NCBI RefSeq assembly: GCF_040938485.1
Contig: NW_027272137.1
Location: forward strand, 744,001 to 808,000
Source: Diadema antillarum
Taxonomy: Eukaryota
Reading direction: 5' to 3'
DNA: 64,000 nucleotides
Positions 57,043 through 64,000 of the stretch are shown in pieces. How positions within the stretch are numbered: position 1 is the stretch's first letter; each line of letters opens with the position of its first letter. The notes beneath the pieces were generated by a model, which was given only the letters and a program-made list of their open reading frames with translations, had not been told where the DNA came from and searched no databases. The translations under genes were made by a program, and so were the position numbers.

Positions 57043-58424
57043 TATGCAAACATACACATAAATATAGGAATACAATTGAAACTTCTATACGCATGTGTGT
57101 ACGAAGTTGCTCTCATTTTTGCCACAAGAATCATAGACTCTGAGGAGAAGAGAAGGTTCAAGGATAGTGTTTCTTTATTCCAGGTGTAAGAAATATGACA
57201 GAGATCACAAATTGTCACAATACATCAAGGAAAGTTAACGTGAACAGATTATGATTGATTTTTCCTCTTACGTTAATTGATTATATTATGTTCCGTTTTG
57301 AATGTATACCTATGAAAGATTAGTTTCATTCAATGTCTTTTTTTAACAGTTGCAGAGTTGCTACTTACCATCAGCTCTTTGATTTTTAATCAAAATTTGC
57401 CTTCAGGTGGCATTTGGCCTCAGAACGGTAAGTACAAAATGTTTTTGGTTGAGTGACGGCTAGGCCTGATAGTTAGAACGTACTTATTTCAAATTCTCTT
57501 TTTTTTTTCTTTTCTTATTAGAATACTTAAGGTGTCTTCTAATCAATACCACGAAAGTAACAAACCCTTTCGACCGTCATGGTCATGTTCTATTATATTC
57601 ATACACGGACATCACAAGTTACAGACACTAGTTTGGCAAGGTACAGTTACATTTCATGATCAAGATCAAGTTGGAGACAGAAATGAAATGATTCCAACCC
57701 TAAAGTACTGATAATCGTGACACTGTCCTAGCTAAACTTCCTTAATTCGTAGTTAGTTTCATGCGTATACCTTTCTGTTAAAGGCAGCTGGTAATACACT
57801 ACTTTCCGTGTGTTCCTCCCCATTTTACCTTCTTACAGTGAAGACAGTTAAGAACGGTGTCCAAGAGTCCTCGTATTTCCCCTGAATGCTTAAGCAGTCG
57901 TCAACGATAAGTTTAAACGGTTTAAATACTCATCGACATGATGATATAACAATACTTGACGAAGGCAGTGAGTATGATAGTCAGATGATTGGAATACTGT
58001 GAATTTCCCTCCGCTCGAGACCACGGTGATTTGCTGCTATAACTACTTTAATGGCAGTAATTTCTTGCCCAAATCCGTCAATCATCCTACCTGAATATCT
58101 CTTTCAAATCTCCCATTTACGAGTAAACATCAAATTAGATCAATGACATCACATTAACACAATTCACACAATTTATGTCATTACAGACGGACAAAACCCG
58201 CTTTTCTTTAGTCAATAACGGCTCGATACAAACAGTACACAATTTGATGACATACGGCAGAACATCAACAACATCAACAACAACGAATGTACACAAACAA
58301 AGACAGTATATTCATAGCTACTGTGAATGGCTTAAAGGTAAGTGATCTTTAAAACATACGGATATTCAACAACAGAGCAGATGAATGAGAAAAATATTTG
58401 TATCGGAGTGAGCGCGTAGAAACC

Positions 58425-60307
<1,883 letters not shown>

Positions 60308-62077
60308 TCAATAATAGTAGTCAAAATGATAGTATTTATCATTATCATTGTCACCATCTTTCGCACTATTGTCCATAACGTTAAGAGTATAATACTAATA
60401 ATGTTTATAACAATCATCGTCTTATCGGTGTAATATAATTATCTCCATCATCATGTGCCGTTGCAATTGGCAGTAGTAACGCATTAATTTGGTTTCCCTT
60501 TTCTGGTATTTGATGAAAGATCTGCTGGGCAGCAAAAGACAGTGTACTTGTTGTAATGGACTGATTCTTAACAATTCCCTTTATGATTATACAATATTTT
60601 ATATCCCTAACGCGTCAACCGACGTTCATGGAACAAAGTCAATATCAGTGATATTGTATCCGATAAGTATCATGGTCACCACAGCTCTCAGAGACACAAT
60701 TATCCACTAGAAGAAAATTGCTCAACAGAGCGCGAGGAAAACGAGCGAGTTATATTGTTCAGCCGTTTCCATGACTACAACATTCAGTACCTTTGTGCCA
60801 GTTTGACATCAGGAAGAAACTATATTTTTCTCTCTTTGCTCCCAATGGTATATTCGTTCAATGTGGTATACATGAGTCCGTCTCATGTATAGAATGAACA
60901 TGGTTTCAATAAGCATGTCATAATGGGTTGGTCGATTTGAGCAAACAGTCGCTCACCAGTCGAAGTATGTCTGATTTCTAGGCACAAATTCACAAAAGGC
61001 AGCTCATTTTACCGTTGAATGCTTAAACGTCAGCACGAATGCGGCGGTAATCTAAAACCAACTCACTGCCACACGATTTTTTCGCGATCTAGTTTTGTGT
61101 TATTAAATATAATTCCGATAAGAAGTCAGCAAATAGATTTGAATGATATTTTATCGCAAAGAGGAAGGCGACTTTAAATGATAGCAGCGACTGATCAGAG
61201 AAGGAATCAGCAAAGCCACGCATTAAATGGAAAGCCAGAATGGTTGTCAACAAGCCACGTAAGACGGCAAAGGGTTGGCATTTCCAGGGAGGTGATTGTC
61301 TCACCTCCCTGGCATTTCTAAGCTATGTGTGCAACCTTAATTAAGTGATTGATCTTACCTCGCCTGACCAGTACGCTGCTTTGTGAACTGATATCCCCAC
61401 TCCCCCATGAAATACCGAATACCGATCTGATTATGGTTAAATGACATCAAGGACCCTGGGATGCTCCAATTCGCAAATTTAACTCCTAGATAGTGCAATT
61501 TCAATCGAACATCAAATCAAATGTGTACGTTTTTGTTTGTCATATACAAACAACTTGTAATTGTAGACAAACCAATTCATATCATCCGACCCGTGAGACA
61601 GTTGATTTGAAATACCCATAAAAGAGGGAAATGTTGTACTCGGATATCTATACGGCCATGGTTGTCATCATCATTTGGAAAAATTCACTGGAATTACTTT
61701 GGATCTGTCAGCAGTGTTGTACATGATGAGGTGAACGGGTGTGTGTTTGTGTGTGTGTGTGTATGCTTTAGTGTGCGCTTTTTATTTAAGCCCCATGGTA
61801 ACATTTGAAGATTAAAAAAAAAAAACACAGCTTGGGTGCTTTAAAATAATTCTAAAATGTGAGATAGCTAGGGATGAAAACAACCAACATGAAAGTATAA
61901 TTAATGTTAAGTGGGCCTATTGTTAAATATACAAAATGTGAACAATAGTTTTATTTGCATGTTGAAGGTGATTTCCCCATACCACTTTGTTCTATGAAGG
62001 TTTTTAAGTAAAGATCGTAGACGTGTGACATTTTTGTTTTGTTTTTTTAATCTTACTATTTTATACACGCACATGAA

Positions 62078-62379
62078 CAGAGACTCCAACCCAAGCGCCT
62101 TCTGATCTGGAGATTCTCCCGCCTGAAACCCCTAGCAAACGGGAGACTCCAAGTTGATGTGTGAGAAGCGCGAAGTTCCTAGGATTCTAGATGTTCTCTG
62201 GTGCTATCAAAGGCTTGTTTTTTCAACATACGATAGAAATAAGTAAGAAATCCTTTCCACCGGGAGACACAGAGCCAGGGCGGGAGAAATCAAATCTCAA
62301 ACGGGAGAACGGGAGATTGTGCAAAAATGGGCTTTCGGCGGGAGATCTCCCGTCGAAAACGGGAGAGTTGGAGTCTCTG
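62078..62379. mobile_element. MITE with CAG..CTG termini and 6-bp TSD
   Basis: Perfect 13-bp TIR cagagactccaac. CATGAA is duplicated at 62072-62077 and 62380-62385. Repeated cgggaga subterminal motifs. Confidence 0.8.
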
Positions 62380-62999
62380 CATGAATGACTGTTATCGTAC
62401 TGTATGTATACAAAATTATTGTGTATAACACGCGAGCACGTGTATGAGTGTACGCACAGTGTAGGCGCACGGGTAATCACGGAGGTCTCACCTTCCCGCT
62501 TGTGTGTGTGCATCCCCCATACAGGTACATTATGTGTCATGCATGAGTTCGCTATGCATTTGGAAGTGGAGTGTAAGAAAGTATGGGACGATGTATGAGC
62601 GAGTGTGTGTTGTGTAGTTGTGTGTGTGTNNNNNNNNNNNNNNNNNNNNNNNNNNNNNNNNNNNNNNNNNNNNNNNNNNNNNNNNNNNNNNNNNNNNNNN
62701 NNNNNNNNNNNNNNNNNNNNNNNNNNNNNNNNNNNNNNNNNNNNNNNNNNNNNNNNNNNNNNNNNNNNNNNNNNNNNNNNNNNNNNNNNNNNNNNNNNNN
62801 NNNNNNNNNNNNNNNNNNNNNNNNNNNNNNNNNNGGGTTAGATTTTCGGGTTGGTACACCAACGTGTCTGCGCCAAGTGGCCTGCATTGTGTGTACGTAC
62901 GTAGGCGTGAGGGTTTGTAATTATTAGTTTTTGTTGGGGGGGGGGGGAGGGGATGGGTTATTTCACTTTTATTTTATGTAATGAAATATATCTATTGAG

Positions 63000-63207
63000 A
63001 TGATTTTATTTCATTTTGATTGTGTGGATTATGATAAGTATTCATGTGTGTAGATTTTAATGTTTTACTGTTCAATAATGTATGAAGATTAACTTTGTGT
63101 TAAGATGAATGTTTATGTATTTTTATCATGGGCAGGGCTCTCTGGAAGAGCAGGACCTGCTGGTCTTGATGAGACTACCCTGTGGAAATAAAACTGAAAT
63201 AAATAAA
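63000..63207 (+). mobile_element. Probable 3' end of a CR1/L2-type LINE
   Basis: gggcagggctctctggaagagcag...gagactaccctgtggaaataaa followed by an (aaat)n tail. Recognised by resemblance only. Confidence 0.35.
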
Positions 63208-63931
63208 TTTAAAATCGTTTCTAGAATGAACCGTCACCGTGACGGTTTATCGAAAAAATAGCGATATCTCCTTATATTTGCGGCTTTATTGCAAAATTTG
63301 TGTACGTATATATTATGCATCAAATTCTTCAAATTTTCTTTAATAACTGCTCCCAGTGTTAAATAGTTGCTGTACATAATAATGTCAAAACTATTGGGTC
63401 AAAGAAACCTGTCAGATTTCACCGACACGGACGGTCAGTTCACTTTCTATCCCTGACATGATTGTGTCTCTTGCCATCTTTGACAATACCAGCCGGGGTA
63501 ATCAAGAGGCCATCCATCTAATCACAGTGTGAATAAACTCTCTTATCTCCCAGTAGGATGTCCTCCTTTCTCCTCCCTCGGCAGAGGACACCTGCATCCT
63601 GTATATTGTATTCAGCTACTAGTTGATTTGAAATGTGGGTGAGGAAAAAAAAACTGATTGGTGCGATCTTTTACCGCCATGTCATAAACTTCTCATCTCA
63701 CTGGTCTAATCCTCAAAGCGCAGGTGGTTGATTATTATTCGTTCTGTGTTCACGGTGCACTGTACTTTGTCTGTTTTCATCGCTGGATGAAAAAAACAAC
63801 AACTAAACTTACTTTGTGGCTTTTAGTGGCATGATTAATTGATGACACTAATATTCAAAGTTCGTATATGCTGCGCTGATGGTGTGCTTTTTATCGCGCC
63901 GACGCCAGGGAGAGTCAAGGTTATACGTCCC

Positions 63932-63945
63932 GTTTCCATGACAAC
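63932..63945. promoter_or_regulatory. RFX X-box candidate
   Basis: GTTTCCATGACAAC (reverse complement GTTGTCATGGAAAC) fits the GTTGYCATGGMAAC consensus and lies 5' of the visible beta-tubulin exons. A weaker copy is at 60765-60778. Confidence 0.5.
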
Positions 63946-64000
63946 GCATCATTGAACAGACGCTCTCCGTCAATGAGAATGGTGCGTGATAAGACGCCGC

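Noticed and set aside
61284-61312. 12-bp hairpin ccagggaggtga-ttgtc-tcacctccctgg in the tubulin intron
   Set aside because: Isolated, with no TSD or family context, so no function can be supported.

Overview
Eukaryotic, AT-rich animal genomic DNA with spliceosomal introns, microsatellites, poly-G runs and four assembly gaps. An invertebrate deuterostome such as an echinoderm is my inference, not established. Host genes, left to right: (1) the 5' seven coding exons of an FHAD1-like FHA/coiled-coil gene (- strand, runs off the left edge or into a gap); (2) a single-coding-exon, 14-finger C2H2 zinc-finger gene (+); (3) two intronless-CDS genes for small type I membrane proteins with signal peptide, one FN3 domain and a TM helix (-); (4) a beta-tubulin carrying the axonemal EGEFxxx motif (-; coding exon 1 not visible). 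Mobile DNA is abundant. There is a full-length, intact and very young BEL/Pao LTR retrotransposon (1.5-kb LTRs, GTCGT TSD). There is also a nested DNA-transposon pair: an outer GGG..CCC element with an 8-bp TSD and perfect c(GNA)g-triloop hairpins, interrupted by a 5.1-kb CAG..CTG element with a 5-bp TSD that carries phase-compatible spliced exons. Smaller elements include pogo/Tigger-like, Kolobok-like and CAG-terminated MITEs, a ~71-bp satellite inside one MITE, and two tiny CA..TG insertions that resemble P-element excision footprints. Everything was read by eye and no database searches were run.
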